Shown here: positions 19,640 to 20,000 of the stretch, piece after piece
How the letters are laid out: each line of letters opens with the position of its first letter
How positions within the stretch are numbered: the stretch's first letter is position 1
Source of the DNA: Trichinella spiralis
Taxonomy: Eukaryota
DNA length: 20,000 nucleotides
Direction: 5' to 3'
Assembly: GCF_000181795.1 (NCBI RefSeq)
Contig: NW_003526941.1
Span: 10,997,825 to 11,017,824 of the forward strand
Made by a program: the position numbers and the translations under genes
Notes under the pieces: generated by a model
Seen by the model: only the letters and a program-made list of their open reading frames with translations
Database searches by the model: none
Told to the model about the DNA's origin: nothing

Positions 19640-20000
19640 TTTTAAAAATTCAATGCTAAAGGAGATCACTGTTATTCGTGTTTTTTTAAATTTTTTTTAA
19701 AAAAAAAGTTTTTGGTTGCGGTGGGGACCTGCCCCCCTAGCTCTCCTGCCCCGTATTGTCCCCCCCACCAAGCCCTGCCCCGGAGACCCCCACGGCCTCA
19801 TCGCCTCTAAGTTCCCGTGCCAGCCTTCACGACTTTTTCCAAGATGACCCTGTCGGATCAGGGAACCCGATCCGCCGAAGACGTAGTCCCGCACCAGATG
19901 GCGTGCGCTGTTAAGTGAATGCAAATTATCACACTGGCTCTGTGCTCTATGTATCCCTCATGCACATCAAATTGCCGTCACACCTGACACTCAATATTAC

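Noticed and set aside
19185..19659. 151-aa (-) and 133-aa (+) ORFs over the fold-back
   Set aside because: They are open because the GC-rich repeat is poor in stop codons. There is no recognisable domain, and the peptide repeats mirror the DNA subrepeats.
19854..19890. Hairpin plus GTAG|T as a Helitron 3' end
   Set aside because: The terminus is GTAG rather than CTRR, and no 5' TC end or Rep/helicase sequence can be supported.

Overview
AT-rich eukaryotic genomic DNA with short GT-AG introns and TTTCAG/TTTTAG-type acceptors. It looks like a nematode (Trichinella-like), which is an inference only. Positions ~1-13200 hold one multi-exon plus-strand gene of the LZTS/N4BP3 (Fez1 coiled-coil) family: 8 core coding exons, 7853-13024, about 578 aa. 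The gene has a probable GC-AG intron, a stop-free 78-nt intron, three candidate alternative phase-1 5' exons, and an in-frame extension past the stop that resembles the missing Fez1 C-terminal motif. Positions 14559-18239 hold a ~1015-bp tandem segmental repeat (about three copies plus a fragment) with exon-like units on both strands and a mosaic, conversion-like identity pattern. The most striking unexplained feature is a GC-rich ~290-nt rod-like fold-back at 19351-19639. Its two arms differ almost only by substitutions that give G-U pairs on the plus strand, which points to a selected long hairpin RNA. It is followed by a C-rich block with G-quadruplex potential on the minus strand.
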